DNA of 63,601 nt, the filler included, from Octopus bimaculoides (lineage: Eukaryota): assembly GCF_001194135.2 (NCBI RefSeq). It is 5 parts of 5 records of this genome, joined end to end, with 100 filler letters (N's around TTAATTAATTAA, not from the genome) between each part and the next. Parts side by side here need not be neighbours in the genome. Positions count along the whole stretch, not along the records: positions 59,261 to 63,601 come from NC_068997.1; 4 more parts are not named here. The stretch is one strand, 5' to 3'. Under the pieces are notes generated by a model. It had not been told where the DNA came from. It was given only the letters and a program-made list of their open reading frames with translations, and ran no database searches. The position numbers and the translations under genes are program-made. Of this stretch, positions 63,447 to 63,601 are shown piece by piece (position 1 is the first letter of the stretch; every line of letters begins with the position of its first letter).

Positions 63447-63601
63447 TTGTCTAAATGATTTGTAGGGATGCATTAAGAGAAATATTAAATACACATATTT
63501 GTAAACTTTTACCTTAAAGTGTTGATTTTTTCTCCATATTTGTATTTAATCTTATTCCAACTCCATTGCTGTTGCTTTCTAAATCACTGTTATATATAAA
63601 T

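Overview
This is AT-rich eukaryotic genomic DNA from a gapped draft assembly. The SINE families and the density of microsatellites suggest a coleoid cephalopod, most likely Octopus (inference, no database search). I could not support any intact host protein-coding gene; nearly all long ORFs in the track are artefacts of N-gaps or microsatellites. The window is mostly transposon debris: at least four tRNA-derived SINE types (several with clear target-site duplications), two R4/Dong-type non-LTR fragments, RTE and CR1-type LINE fragments, Penelope-like element (PLE) remnants, three mariner pieces, a DD36E Tc1-type piece, a DD37D (maT) piece, hAT-type MITEs, Helentron-like non-autonomous elements and two long foldback elements. 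The most notable result is a set of hammerhead-ribozyme (HHR) motifs. One is a complete 47-nt minimal type I HHR with a U3-A8 core variant and palindromic stem III (14320-14366, minus). Two more form an inverted pair flanking a PLE GIY-YIG remnant and show compensatory base changes (12915-12990, 13551-13620). Weaker HHR-like modules lie at about 31.9 kb and 59.4-59.5 kb. Four 100-bp gaps contain the artificial linker TTAATTAATTAA, so continuity across them is uncertain.
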